Source: Octopus vulgaris (lineage: Eukaryota). From it: DNA of 64,000 nt. The stretch covers positions 54,870,001-54,934,000 of the forward strand of contig OX597817.1 of the NCBI GenBank assembly GCA_951406725.2, in the 5' to 3' direction. Within the stretch, counting starts at the first letter, position 1, and each line of letters starts with the position of its first letter. A program made the position numbers and the translations under genes. This document shows, one piece after another, positions 41,369 through 55,923 of the stretch. The notes beneath the pieces were generated by a model. The model was given only the letters and a program-made list of their open reading frames with translations, was not told the DNA's origin and ran no database searches.

Positions 41369-41990
41369 TATGTATGTATGTATGTATGTATGTATGTATG
41401 TATGTATGTATGTATGTATGTATGTATGTATGTATGTATGTATGTATGTATGTATGTATGTATGTATGTATGTATGTATGTATGTATGTATGTATGTATG
41501 TATGTATGTATGTATGTATGTATGTATGTATGTATGTATGTATGTATGTATGTATGTATGTATGTACGTACGTACGTATGTATGAATGTACGTACGTATG
41601 TATGCTTGCATGCATGCGTGTGTATGTGTGTGTGTGTATGTATGTATGTATTCATGTATGCATGCATGTATGTGTGTATGTCTGTGTATGTATGTATGCA
41701 TGCTTATATGTGTGTGTATGTATGTATGTATGCATGAATGTATGTGTATGTTTGTATGTATGTAGGCGTGTATGTATGTATCTATGCATGCATTTATGTA
41801 TGCATGTATGTATGTATGTATGTGTGTGCATGTATGCATGTATGTATGCATGTATGTATATATGTATGTATGTATGCATGCATGTATGCATGTATGTATG
41901 TAAGTATGCATACATGCATGTATGTATATATGTATGTATGTATATATGCATGTGTGTATGTATTTATGTACGTATGTATGTATGTATGTT
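41369..41990. repeat. (TATG)n microsatellite, ~190 bp perfect then degenerate
   Basis: Direct inspection; follows a family A SINE head at 41236-41365. Confidence 0.95.
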
Positions 41991-41997
41991 TGTAGGT

Positions 41998-42238
41998 GTG
42001 AAGGTGCGTGGCTTAGTGGCTAGGGCATCCGGCTCACGATCGTAAAGTTGTGAGTTCAATTCCCGGCGACGTGTATTGTCCTTGAGCAAGACACTTTATT
42101 TCACATTGCTCCATACCACTCAGTGTACTTCAAAGGGCCGGCCTTGTCAAACTCTGTGCCGCACTGTATCTCCCTGAGCACTACATTAAGGGTGCACGTG
42201 TCTGTGGAGTGCTCAGCCACTTGCACGTCAATTTCACG
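41998..42238 (+). mobile_element. tRNA-SINE family D
   Basis: A box TGGCTTAGTGG, B box GAGTTCAATTCC, GTCCTTGAGCAAGACACTT core, then GTGGAGTGCTCAGCCACTTGCACGT block; (TATG)n on both sides. Confidence 0.75.
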
Positions 42239-42711
42239 TATGTATGTATGTATGTATGTATGTATGTATGTATGTATGTATGTATGTATGTATATATATA
42301 TCAAAATGTAGCCACATGTGGATTGTTGGTGAGTTTTTTTTCTCTCCGTCGTCATTTGTTGTTGAGGTGCAGAGTTCATACTTAGAGCGGCAGTGAGAAT
42401 ACAAGTTCAAATGTGGCCCCTATTCAGTTGCATACACATCTTTGAGCTGGTGTGATCCGTAGCCTTTCATCTCGCTGTCGATTAACGACCGTCGCAGAGG
42501 ACTCACTGACCAAGTCTCAGCTGATTATCGGTGAAGACGAAGCACTGGAGTTGAACCGGGTGGTACAGATGACCATAGCTGGGATCCTAACAAGTTCTAG
42601 TATTCCGGGGCAGAGAGGACCTAAGAACATTAATGCCTAAGAGGTGGTTAAATAGTCCTCAAAATTCTGGAACTCCTATCCCATGGTCCCAGTATCGGAT
42701 GTGTGTGTGTT

Positions 42712-42758
<47 letters not shown>

Positions 42759-43196
42759 GTGTGTATGTGTGCGTGTGTGTGTGTGTGTGTATATGTGTGT
42801 CCTCTTTACAGAATTAGAAGACTACAAAATGTCAAAACGTTTCACTATTTTACTTTCTCGCTGTTATTATTACGACGAGACAGAAATTGGTGAGCTGTCA
42901 GAATCGGTAAGTCATCAGAGAAAATAACAAGAGTGATTTGTTTGAGCGCCTTACGTCATAAGTTCAAATCTGTCCAGCGCTAACATTACCATCCGTCCTT
43001 GTCAAGCAAGTATCGGCATCGATGGTGATGTCCTGCCGCACACCAATCCACTCAAGCTGTTTGTCGTGTGTCTAGAGTAGAAACGATTATTCCTGACATT
43101 GGCCGTACCCGATGCTCGCAGTTGGCTATGCTGCTATAATCAACGTAAGTACATTGTGACCAGTGGTAAATAAGCCGTTAATCTGATGGGTACAAC

Positions 43197-43240
<44 letters not shown>

Positions 43241-43244
43241 TATT

Positions 43245-43376
<132 letters not shown>

Positions 43377-43710
43377 GGGTACACGCCACTTGATGAAGCA
43401 CACATCAACTTCTACACACAACACACACACATACGTTATGCACGTACATACATACGTCATTCTCACTCGACACCGTTTACTCATACATACATACACACTT
43501 ACACCCCATTTTCACATACACGCACACATTAGCGAATCTTAGTTCGTTGTGATCACCATAATTATCTCCGTTTCATTCAACCTTTATTATTATTATCTCC
43601 CTTACATTCAACCTCTTTTTCCCAGTCACTCACCATGTTGGACTGCTGAATTCTACGCAAATTTTCTCTCTCCGTTCTTTTTCATTTTACCTCTATTTTT
43701 CCCTCTTATT

Positions 43711-43748
43711 CCTTTCTGTCGAAGAACGTATCCTCGAAACGTAAAAGA
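43711..43748 (+). ncRNA. Degenerate minimal hammerhead motif (core CTGTCGA)
   Basis: CTTT-CTGTCGA-A-GA...TC-GAAA-C-GTA-AAAG; downstream ATTTTTCCTGA resembles the 35165 element; ends in (TA)n. Confidence 0.45.
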
Positions 43749-44143
43749 CTTTTCTATTTTTCCTGACCATTAAACTACTACTACTTCTTATTGTTTCTAT
43801 ACCTGTCTTCGTCTTTTGTTTATCTGTAAACTTGAACTATATATATATATACAAATAATATATTAATATATGCATATATACATACATATATGTACATATC
43901 TACATATATATGTATATATACATACATATATGGGTACAGGACAACATAAAAAAACGTGACAGAATGGGAAACGAGAACATAAAAAACAAAAACGGAAAAC
44001 GAACATTTTTCGAACAACGAAATAGATCAAACAATGAAACGAGACGGGCAACATAAAGAACACTCCCTTCATCAGTTGTCCCCTGTTTTGTCTACTCCGC
44101 GCTTCGATTATCATATGATAGAACGCCACGCATACTTTTCCAA

Positions 44144-44512
<369 letters not shown>

Positions 44513-44891
44513 TATATATATATATATATATTCTATATGTATCCATACACGCACATATATATGTATACGCACACAAATAAGTATATAGAGGAAATACGGA
44601 CAAACATTACTTTATATTATAGTTCCTCCCTCTTTGGTCTCCCTTTTTCTCCCCCCTTCCTTGTTAAGTACTACACTTCTTGCTTTCTTACTTTCTTCTT
44701 CACTCTCTTTCCTTGTTCAGTATTTCCTCTTTTTCACTGCTACATGCTATTCCATAGTTTTTCACTCACCGTCATTCTTCATTTCCCGATCTTTCCATTT
44801 TCTCATCTACAAATGCTCGATTATAAATATACTTAACCGTTTCTCCAGCTTTCTCCCCCTGAAACTACCTCACACTTCCTCTGCTAACACT

Positions 44892-44943
<52 letters not shown>

Positions 44944-45587
44944 ATCTTTCCCCCTCTCTCTTCGTATCTACTAGCATTTCTATCTCTTTTAAATAGCCTC
45001 AAGGAAACATACCTTACTGTAATTCACACAGCCTCGCACTATTTCCTTCCTGTCTTAGTTTTATTCTCTCTTACAACCCATAAAACTCTCCTTTTCTCCC
45101 TTCTACTCTTCCTCCCCCTCTCTCTCTCTCTTTCTTTTCCTCTCTGCTTCTGTCCTTTTCACCACGTGCCATTATTGTCCTCCGTTCTCTTCCGTAGAGA
45201 GAAGGTAAAAGACGAGAAAGATTACAAGCTGGCCACCATGTTTTCTGTGTGACTTAAGTGTTGTGAAATTTCACCGTCTCTAATCTAATGACGGCTAATA
45301 TATTTTGATGCATTCCAGCCTGTTGTCTTTGGGCAAACCTTGATGAACAAAGACAGGTGTCACAGCAGTGTGGCATTTAGGGGAGATTCTTGGCGACAAA
45401 ATTTGACGTTTATGTCCTGACATATTACATCGACCACCAACACATCGACAAACGGTTTCTGCGTATTCGTGCGCTTTCCTGAGTGTGTCTGTAAGTAAAT
45501 ACATATATAACAACCTATTTTCATACATACATACATACACACATAGAAATACACACACACACATACATACACACACACACACACCCA

Positions 45588-45631
<44 letters not shown>

Positions 45632-45945
45632 GACATAAACACACACACACACACATACGTATATATACATGCGCACTCACAAAGACGCACAGGTAGACAT
45701 ACATGCTCGTTGCAAGTGGTAGAAGAAAAATAATAAAGAGGATATTGGAGACAGGAGACACGCCAAGAGCCAAAGAATGATGGGAAGAGACGAGAGGAGG
45801 AGAAGGAGGAGAAGGAGGAGGGGGTGGAGTGGGAGAGAAATATAAAGCAAGAAATACACAAATAAGAGAAATACTTTAATTCTACATATATATACGTACA
45901 CACTTACAGACACAAACACACACATATTTATGTATATATGTGTGG

Positions 45946-45978
<33 letters not shown>

Positions 45979-47093
45979 GTATGTATATGTGTGTGTGTCC
46001 ATCTATCTGTAGTTTTGCGTATGCATGTGTATTCTATTAGTATTGCGTATCTATAGTTATGTGATATATATATATATATATACGTGGATGTATGTATGCA
46101 TATATAGACACACACACATACATACATACATGCACACATGCGTGCATATGAGTACGTATGTATCTGTGTGTGTGTGTGTATATATATATAGGTGCACAAT
46201 GTGTGTAGTGAAAGAGGGGAAAAGAGTTGGTCGGTAACGCATTTTACAATCACTGTAGGTTAATGTGTAAAGTGATTTCGATGTAAAACGTCCTCGGCTG
46301 ACTGTGAGAAATTGTTGCCAAATAAAGACAGAGAAGGTCAAATCAGAACAACTGACCGCATGACCGCAACAAAGAGGTACAGAGAGGCGGAGGAAGAGAA
46401 AAAAAAGCTTAGGATGGAGGAGAAGGATGAGGTAGGTGAGAGAGGAGGAGTTGGTGGAGCAACAACGAATGGTGCAAGTTGGTGATAGCGGCGGTGGGAA
46501 GGAAACAGTTTAAGATAATCCTATTGATTTGATTAATTCTTTGACCATTCCAAGAGATATTTACGTTCGGAGGAGGCATAAAAAAGGCGGAGACATGTAT
46601 GTATGTATGTATGTATGTATGTATGTATGTATGTATGTATGTATGTATGTATGAATGTATGTATGTATGTATGTGTGTATGTATGTTTGTATGTATGTAT
46701 GTATGTATGTAGGTGTGTATGTATGTATGTTTGTAGGTATGTATGTTTGTATGTATGTATGTATGTATGTATGTATGTATGGATGTATGGATGGATGGAT
46801 GTAGGATTGTGTGTATGTGTATATATATGTATATATATATATGCATGTATGCATATACATATATAAATATATTAAAATTATATATATAAATATAGTAAAA
46901 TTAAATGTGGTTTTAGAGTCAAATTTTGGGCTGCTATTTCCAGCGTGGAGGTATCTCTTAAATACCCTAAATTATAATTTAAATAAAAATTATTACATGC
47001 TGGCCACTTGAAAAGTTCGATATTTAAATAACGATCTTATCCATATTTATATATATATATATATGTGTATTTATATATATGTAAATATGTGTG

Positions 47094-47128
<35 letters not shown>

Positions 47129-47317
47129 TTTATATAAAAGTTTCACGTTCCTGTTCGTCGAGCGGGAACGTGAAACTCCGAGTAACAGCTTTTGTTAAAT
47201 TTCTGCTGCTTTTGAATAAAGCATATTACTCTATCTCTGGTATTTAAGTACTTTTTTTCCACCTTGTTTCACATTTATGTGTTTACTCTGGTATATATAT
47301 GTATGTATATATATATA

Positions 47318-47370
<53 letters not shown>

Positions 47371-47375
<5 letters not shown>

Positions 47376-49999
47376 TCCTTCGGAAGTACCCCTCCGGAAA
47401 CATACTAGTGATGGGTGATTTTAACCTCCCTCATGTGAACTGGCCCACAAATACTCTGAAGTTAGGCAAATGCTCTACATCAGATAGAGCAGCAGCAGAA
47501 CTACTCTTTAATCTAATGGATGAATACTTCCTGACTCAGCTAGTGCTCGAACTAATGAGACAGAATAAAACGATCTTGGATCTGGTATTGACCAATCACT
47601 CTAGCTTCGTTCACAGTATTTCCGTTGAAAATTCTCCTCTCAGACCACGACATGGTATTCTGCAATTTTAATTCCCGGCATATAAAAACCAAACCAGCCA
47701 ATCCCACTCCATGGCACCCATTTGACAACATAAACTTCCACAAAGCGGACTGGGGAGCAATCAGAAAGGATCTGTCTTTCATCGACTGGTCTTTTACTCT
47801 CAATTCCCCTCATATTGAGACCGCATGGCAGCACTTTGAAAACATTGTCACCTATACATGCTCTAAATACGCCCCCTCGAAATCTACTAACACAAACAGA
47901 AACCGGCTCCCTAAAAAGAAAAAAACTCTCATCAGGCGCATCAAAAGACTCAACAAAAAAATCAACTAATTAAAATATTCCCACACACAACATCCACATT
48001 CAACAATAATGAAAAGGCTAGAGTTGGAAAAACTTCATCTGCAGACCGACATGAAAACCTCCATTGAAAATCAAAGAGGAACAGTGGGTAATCAAAACAT
48101 CAAACAGAACCCCAAAGTGTTCTATTCGTATGCAAATAAGAATAGAACCACTGTCTCACCCATTGGGCCATTGATTGATGATAACGGCATTCCCCAACAC
48201 GATGCTAAAGAAATGGCAGAAATACTGCAGAAACAATACTGCTCTGTCTTTAGTGTTCCCACTGATATTGACGTAAGAGAAGCGAACGAAGTTGACTCCC
48301 AACATAAAATCTCAGACATAACCTTCACTGCCACTGACATCGTAGAAGCAATAAATGAGGTCAAATACTACTCTGCTGTAGGCCCTGATAGATTCCCCGC
48401 TAGTCTCCTGAAGGAATGTAGACACCAACTTGCAGTCCCTCTGACCAATCTCTGGAGAAATTCGTTAGACGCAGGTTTTATACCGAAACAGTTTCTATCC
48501 CAGTCAGTCATCCCGGTTTTCAAACAGGGAAACAGATCCCTCGCACTCAACTATCGCCCAATCTCACTCACCTCCCACATCATTAAAGTGTTTGAAAGAG
48601 TGTTAAGATCAAGGATAGCTGACTTCCTGGAGACCCACAAACTCCTAAATGCAAATCAGCATGGCTTTCGCTGTGGCAGCGACTGTCTAACACAGCTCTT
48701 ACACCACATTGAAGATGTACTCAAAGCCTTGGGAACAGGTTCGAACTCTGACGTCATATATCTTGACTTCAGTAAAGCGTTCGACAGGGTAGACCATAAT
48801 ATCCTACTCTCAAAATTGGCAAATGTTAGAATCCGTTCTAACATCCGAAAAGTTCTACACTGGATTAAGTATTTCCTGGCGAATAGAACACAACATGTTG
48901 TAGTTGATGGAGTCCACTCAAGCCCAGCAAAAGTCACCAGCGGTGTCCCCAAGGGGACTGTCTTGGGTCCGCTACTCTTCATAATTTATATAAACGACCT
49001 TTCCAGTGTCGTACATTACTGCAAAGTGAAAATATTTGCTGATAACACTAAGCTCCAGCAAATCGTCAATGAAGAAGCAGACCGAACTCAACTCCAGTCT
49101 GATCTATATCCTATGAGTCAATGGGCAGACAGAAACAAAATGCAACTGAACGAGGGAAAATTTGAGCTGATGCATTTTGGAAGAAATTCCTCACTAAAAC
49201 AGCCATACTCTCTTCCTTCAGGGGAACCGCTCACAGCCTCTAACAATATCAGAGACCTGGGTGTAATTGTTGATGACGATTTCAGTTGGAGTGCACACAT
49301 CAACAAGAAGGTCGGTTTAGCTCGTAGGATGAGTTCCTGGATCTTAAGAACTTTCCGGTCCAGAGAACAAGGTGTCATCATACCACTTTTCTCCTCCTTT
49401 GTACGGCCACACCTCGAATACTGCTGCCCACTGTGGTCTCCCCATACAAGGATTGAGTCACCCCAGAGGGCATTCACTAAACGAATTGAAGGCATGGTTG
49501 CTCTCGATTATTGGGATCGCCTTAAAGCCTTGAAACTTTACTCTCTCCAACGTTGCTGTGAGCGGTACATCATTTGTACGATGTGGAGAATATACCGCCA
49601 ACATTGCCCAAACGACCTGAACATTAGCTTCAAGGTTCATCCAAGACTGGGACCACGGGCCATTCGTCCCCTGCCCAATTCAAGATCACAGCATACATGT
49701 ACACTGCAACATAATTTCTTTTCCTCAACAGGCCCTGCACTATTTAACATTGTCCTGAAAGAGATCAAAGAGGAAAAGGATCCCATCAACTTTAAACGGA
49801 GTCTGGATAGATTCCTTCAAAGAATACCAGATAAGCCACCCATAATTGGATACAACTCACCCAACAAGAACTCACTACTTGAATGGACCATAAACAAAAC
49901 TTGACTTAAACAGGATTCGAATAATCCTATCAGGTGGTGCTATTAAGTTAGACATGGCCTGGACCAATCTTTGGTCGAAACATATCTAAGTTTATCTAA

Positions 50000-50000
<1 letters not shown>
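47371..50000 (+). mobile_element. 5'-truncated CR1-group LINE inserted in (TA)n
   Basis: APE motifs [20 protein letters not shown]; RT motifs NYRPISLTS, QHGFR, YLDFSKAFDRV, SGVPKGTVLGPLLF; 3' UTR stem-loop and (TATCTAAG)2 tail; (TA)n on both sides. Confidence 0.93.
48009..49904 (+). pseudogene. Reverse transcriptase part of LINE ORF2 (631 aa open stretch), probably inactive
   Basis: Catalytic FADD is FADN and GVPQG is GVPKG; separated from the endonuclease part by a frameshift near 47630 and a stop at 47967-47969. Confidence 0.9.
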
Positions 50001-50047
<47 letters not shown>

Positions 50048-50766
50048 TGTGTGTGCGTGCGTGCGTGCGTGCGTGTGTTCGTATGTTAACCTTTTCCTGT
50101 TATTTGCTTGTCATTAGACAGCTGCCATCAACTTCTAGTTGAGTGAATCGACCCCACTCCGGTAATCCCTCGACTAGCGCACGTGTTACGTTCCCAAACC
50201 TTCCACAGAAATAATTAAAATCTCAAAAAATATAAATACCTATCGACTGCAGAAACCCGTGATATACTGAGAAGTCCGTGATATAAATTTACATATGTTA
50301 GCCAGAAAAATATGCGATGTACTGAGTGCGCGACAGCTGAACCGCGATATTGTGAGGGATTTTTGTTCTCATTTTTTTCTAAGCCTCTTACATATTCTAT
50401 ATGTCATTTTTGTCGAACCGCTAAGTTACGGTGACATAAACACACTAACACCTTTCTTTAAGCGGTGGTGGGGGACGAAAATAGAGACACAACGCACAGA
50501 CACACATTCGCACACACACACATGCATACAAATGTACAGTAATCCCTCGTCACACACACATACACATCTATCGCGGTTTATTGGTTAAGCTTACGTCGTT
50601 TCCTCCGTGGTGTTGCATTGCATTTATAGCAAAATAATTATATGCAAATTATAAAAATAATCTAAAAAATATACAATACAGTACTGTTTCTACATCATAG
50701 ATTTTCACCTATCGTGGGGTTTCTGCAAAGTAACACCTGCGATAGTGGAGGGATTACTGTATATGC

Positions 50767-50797
<31 letters not shown>

Positions 50798-50821
50798 TAT
50801 ATATGTATGCATATATATATA

Positions 50822-51087
50822 TATCTGTAAAATAATATGTGACAATTATTCAATAGCCAAGATAAAACTCTGAGTTTCGGATGCCGAGGTGGAAATCCAC
50901 AACATCATCTCTTCGATTGTCTGGCCATAACCGAAGAGATGGTGTCGTGGATTCCCACCTCGGCATCCGAAACTCAGAGTTTTATCTTGGCTATTGAATA
51001 ATTGTCACATATTATTCTACAGATACATTTCCTCTATTTACATAATATTGAGGTCTCTTTCTTTCTTTTGTTATCTTACCGTTTTTA

Positions 51088-51090
<3 letters not shown>
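50822..51090. mobile_element. PLE-like fold-back element: ~204-bp palindrome with a hammerhead in each arm, plus a T-rich tail
   Basis: Arms 50822-50920 / 50927-51025 with a CTGGCC spacer; (TA)n on both sides; homologous to 52191-52348. Confidence 0.85.
50927..50985 (+). ncRNA. Type I hammerhead motif with variant core CCGAAGA
   Basis: ATAA-CCGAAGA-GATG...GTGG(att)CCCAC...CATC-C-GAAA-CTC-A-GAG-TT-TTAT; mirror copy at 50862-50920(-) has TCGAAGA. Confidence 0.6.
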
Positions 51091-51139
<49 letters not shown>

Positions 51140-52130
51140 TGCAACCAACAACGGTGCATTGACAGAAATGCGATGAGGTCAAACTGAACTCCATTCGGCA
51201 TTTGTTCCGACTCTGTGTATTTTAGTTGGAATCTCATTATCGAATCCTTGGCTGCTGGACGTAACCCGTGTCCCAGTTAACGTCGCCTGGCACATTCGGT
51301 GCTTTCAACGGAATCCATTCATTTACAAAGATTCCGTCTCGGTTTCCAGTTTGAGGCTATCGTCCTCACTCCATACCACAAATCTTGCACGCGCTGTAAT
51401 GCCTCTCATAGACGCTGTCTTCTTCACTCACTATTATTAGGTCGTTCGTCGTTGTCGGCGATGATCAAAGAGATGGCATGGTGTATTCGGCTGTGGTCAT
51501 TGAGTCCAATGCGAAACCGGAAAGCTTCGCTGAAGTATGGGCACTGGTGGGCTGTTGGAAATGAAGGCGAGGAGTTGCCTTTGGATTTGCGCAGTTCGCA
51601 TTTTCTTTGTATCCCTACAACCAGTTCTATACGTAGGAAGTGGCATCACTTTTGGTGCAGCTTCACCGGACAGGCCAGTCTTGTGTTGACGTGTCTCAAG
51701 TGTTAGAGCTGATTCCGATCCCTTTCTAAAAGATAAAGAAATAACTACACATACACCCAGAAATATATCGGGTCATACGTACGCATGACAAGCAAACACC
51801 GACACATTCATAGTATCTCACATACCCTTATTCAAATATAGAGTTTGAAAATACTTCTCACACACACACGTAAACTTACACACACACACACACACACATG
51901 CCCATACATCCAAACACACACACATATACTCACACAAATCACGTCCATACACACATCCGCACTTAACCTTACGATTGCGCTTATACACTCATGTAATAAT
52001 TCGCAAACATGAATACACAAAAAAAATACCACAAACAAAATGCTTGTTACTTGTTGCGTGAATTTTGCTACACTTGTAACTGTTTATTGAATTTTCCGTA
52101 TTAACTATAAACAAAGGATAATTCATTCAT

Positions 52131-52190
<60 letters not shown>

Positions 52191-52191
<1 letters not shown>

Positions 52192-52344
52192 TGTAAATAT
52201 AATATGTGACAATTATTCGGTAGCGATGACAAAACTCCGAGTTTCATAGCTACCGAATAATTGTCACATTATATTTACAGATAAATTCCTCTATTTGCAT
52301 AATATCGAGGTTTCTTTCCTTCTTTTGTTGTCTTACCATTTCTA

Positions 52345-52348
<4 letters not shown>
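52191..52348. mobile_element. Second fold-back copy of the 50822 family with a shorter inversion
   Basis: CTGTAAATATAATATGTGACAATTATTCGGTAGC / GCTACCGAATAATTGTCACATTATATTTACAG; the left arm retains GAAACTCGGAGTT on the minus strand; (TA)n flanks. Confidence 0.85.
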
Positions 52349-52394
<46 letters not shown>

Positions 52395-52622
52395 GGTATT
52401 AAAACTGGCACCCTAACATATAGCTACGATTCGTAGCTGCATAAACTGTTTCTCTATTCACATCTGAGCACGCTATACACAACTAGATATATACCATGGG
52501 ATACACACTCACAGCTGTGTAACACAGAGAAAATGTTAGACAGACACGCACAAGTAGTCACACAAATCCATAGAAAAATATGCCCAATCATTCACGAATG
52601 CACACAGGTATATACACACGCA

Positions 52623-52693
<71 letters not shown>

Positions 52694-52702
52694 CTATATC
52701 TG

Positions 52703-52753
<51 letters not shown>

Positions 52754-52782
52754 CTGTCTCTCTCTGTCTCTCTCTGTCTCTT

Positions 52783-52845
<63 letters not shown>

Positions 52846-53635
52846 GCACTGAAACACTCAGAACGTTCACATTGTCACATATACACACGCAATGCATTTT
52901 GCGGGCTTTTGTTCACACATGCGTTCCCACATTAACACCTGGAACACAACACACACACACATACACACACACACATACACACATATAGATATGCCTGCCC
53001 ACATATTGACATTCTCCATCGTATTCACAAAGATAACTTGACACAAACGCACGCATGCAGACATGCGCATAGAATTTACACAGACAAGAATCGGTGGTCT
53101 TACACAAACATGCATATATACACTCTCACGTTAACACCAAAATATGCACACAAACGTACAGATAAACATAGATGCCCACATATTCACACACCTTACGCTA
53201 TCACATCAAAACAAAACGAACAAACAATACTCGCAAGATATCATGATGATTGGCGGACATTTTGTTTTTCACCATCTCACTTTTCCGCCATCATTTCTCT
53301 AGAGTCAAACGAATTTGTTCTCCGCAATTTTCCCCCTAATCTCAAAGGGAATGGTTTGGGGTTTTCTACAAGTTTGATTCAATTGGCAAATTTGATAAGA
53401 TCGCTAATTTTCCGGATGCACGTGGTTGCACAACGGTCTTTAACTGCGGCTTCCGTATCTGTCAAGTGCAGCTGCATACGTCTCAAAAGATGGCTGGTTG
53501 CAGGCGTTACTCGACTCTCAGGAAAATTAGGAAAGATGTAATAATAAATATGAGAGTGATATATAAGAAACAAACATAGAGAGAGAGAGAGATTAAAGAG
53601 AGAGAGAGAGAGAAAGGGAGAAGAGAGGGAGATAA

Positions 53636-53666
<31 letters not shown>

Positions 53667-53976
53667 TAGATAGTAAGATAGGTACCAGAAGTACTGATAT
53701 GTGGAAGCTAGGAGGAGAGGCAAATAAACATGTTGGGTACATACATATATACATACATACATGCATATTTACATGCATATCTATGTTTATTTATATGTAA
53801 CAAAATTTATATACATACATACATGCATATTTACGTACATATATAGATAGATAGATACATGCAAACATACATATACATACACACGCATACATACATACTT
53901 ACATATATACATACATACATACAAGCATGCATACATACATAGAAAAAAAACCCACCAAAGAGGAAGAGAGACTGAG

Positions 53977-54016
<40 letters not shown>

Positions 54017-54131
54017 AGAGTGAATGCCAGTTAGGTATAAAAAGATTGAACTATAAGTAAATATATACAAACTAAAAGAAAGGTGTGTAAGACATATTGA
54101 GACTTGAAAAAGAAAACACGTACTATAGACA

Positions 54132-54165
<34 letters not shown>

Positions 54166-54362
54166 GTGTACAGAATGAGAGAGAAAGTGAGAGAGATAGA
54201 CAGGTAGATAGATGACGATATACAGATATACATTCGCTGAAACGAACACATACGCACATACATGCATGCATACATAAATACATACATACATGCATGCATA
54301 CATACATGCATGCATACATACATACATACATACATACATACATACATACGTACATACATACA

Positions 54363-54396
<34 letters not shown>

Positions 54397-54529
54397 CATA
54401 CACTAACGCGCTTGCAAAGGGAACTAAACGAGATTTTGTTACATATAAATAAACATAGATAGAAGCTACACTAAGTGAAAAAATGGAAGAGTTACGAAGA
54501 TGATACTCACACACACACACACACACACT

Positions 54530-54574
<45 letters not shown>

Positions 54575-54756
54575 TCGCGCGTTTGTGTATACATAATTAT
54601 ATACTATATTGTGTATACATAATTATATAAAGACATATATTTATTCATACATACATGTATACATACATACATAAATCCATAGATATGTGCATGTATGCAA
54701 ACATACATACACACATACTTGTATGTGTCTATGTATGTTTATATATATATACACAT

Positions 54757-54820
<64 letters not shown>

Positions 54821-54834
54821 ACATACGCTCAGAA

Positions 54835-54872
<38 letters not shown>

Positions 54873-55749
54873 GTACATACAGAAGCACATAAACATACAC
54901 CACATCTATATTGTATGTTTTGTATATCTGCTTATTGGCATACTCTCAAGGAGACAGAGTACAGGCAAACTTGCCCATTTTTTTTTTTTTTTTACTTATT
55001 CGTGAATCGTAAATTGCGTCTCCGTGTTTCAACTTTTACCCATTTTCTGGGAATAAAAGAGACGCACCAAACACTTTATTTCTATATGAAATAAACGTCA
55101 TTGATTATGAGGTGCAAGTCAACAAAGCAAAGACATTTTCATTGGATTTGAACATGTCACAGCACGCCACAAGACAGCCTGACATTATGTCGCTAGGCAC
55201 GTTCAATTTTTTCAGGAAAAATATTCCGATTTTGCACTACACATTATTGATTAGGGGACACGCGCTAATAAATGAAATATCTGGATTTATGGAGGAGATG
55301 AGGAGCAAGTAACAAATATTACGATACAAGACCGTCTGACAATCAATAAATAGCTATTATATAATATTTCAGCAAATATTTTGGTTATGTTGTACCAAGA
55401 ATTTTAGCTGTTAAGGATATATGAATAGAAGGTTCTTACAGAGTAATATATTTATTTCGCAGTCAGGAAATAATTTTTAAAATGTGTATATTCATTGTTA
55501 ACCTGACTATAATAGCCTGATTTGAATTTTCTAAATTAGTGGATGGTTTCAAATAGTATTTTGTCTAAAATCAGGATGTACTCTTTGGTGACTATGGGTG
55601 AGGATATCTTACTCTATTACACGACATGAGTATTTTTCTCGATGTCTGAATTTTAAGATAACATGGTTGGTTCGCAGTGAAGTTTGACCGAAACACTGGG
55701 AATACTTTTGCAGAATAATGTGTTGGTGTTTCCAAACATAAAATGTTTC

Positions 55750-55810
55750 GAATCGAATTCGGAATCTTGGGGTTAGTAGCCCGCGCTCTTAACCACTACG
55801 CCATGTGCCC
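55750..55810 (-). mobile_element. Solo tRNA-like head of the tRNA-HHR element
   Basis: Minus strand GGGCACATGGCGTAGTGGTTAAGAGCGCGGGCTACTAACCCCAAGATTCCGAATTCGATT, matching 37690-37749. Confidence 0.75.
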
Positions 55811-55837
55811 AGAAGCTGTGAAAAGTCAATAATAATG

Positions 55838-55915
<78 letters not shown>

Positions 55916-55923
55916 CCACAAAA

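Noticed and set aside
44000-44110. CTGATGA on the minus strand at ~44069-44075 in a (TA)n-flanked element
   Set aside because: I could not find a convincing stem II-GAAA-UH-stem I arrangement; possibly a decayed or permuted HHR.
48009-49904. Active or domesticated reverse transcriptase gene
   Set aside because: FADN instead of FADD, an upstream stop and frameshift, and 5' truncation indicate a dead LINE copy.
51299-51706. 135-aa non-repetitive ORF
   Set aside because: Fragments such as CNASHRRCL and GK*RRG in shifting frames suggest a decayed RTE LINE C-terminus; no host-gene support.
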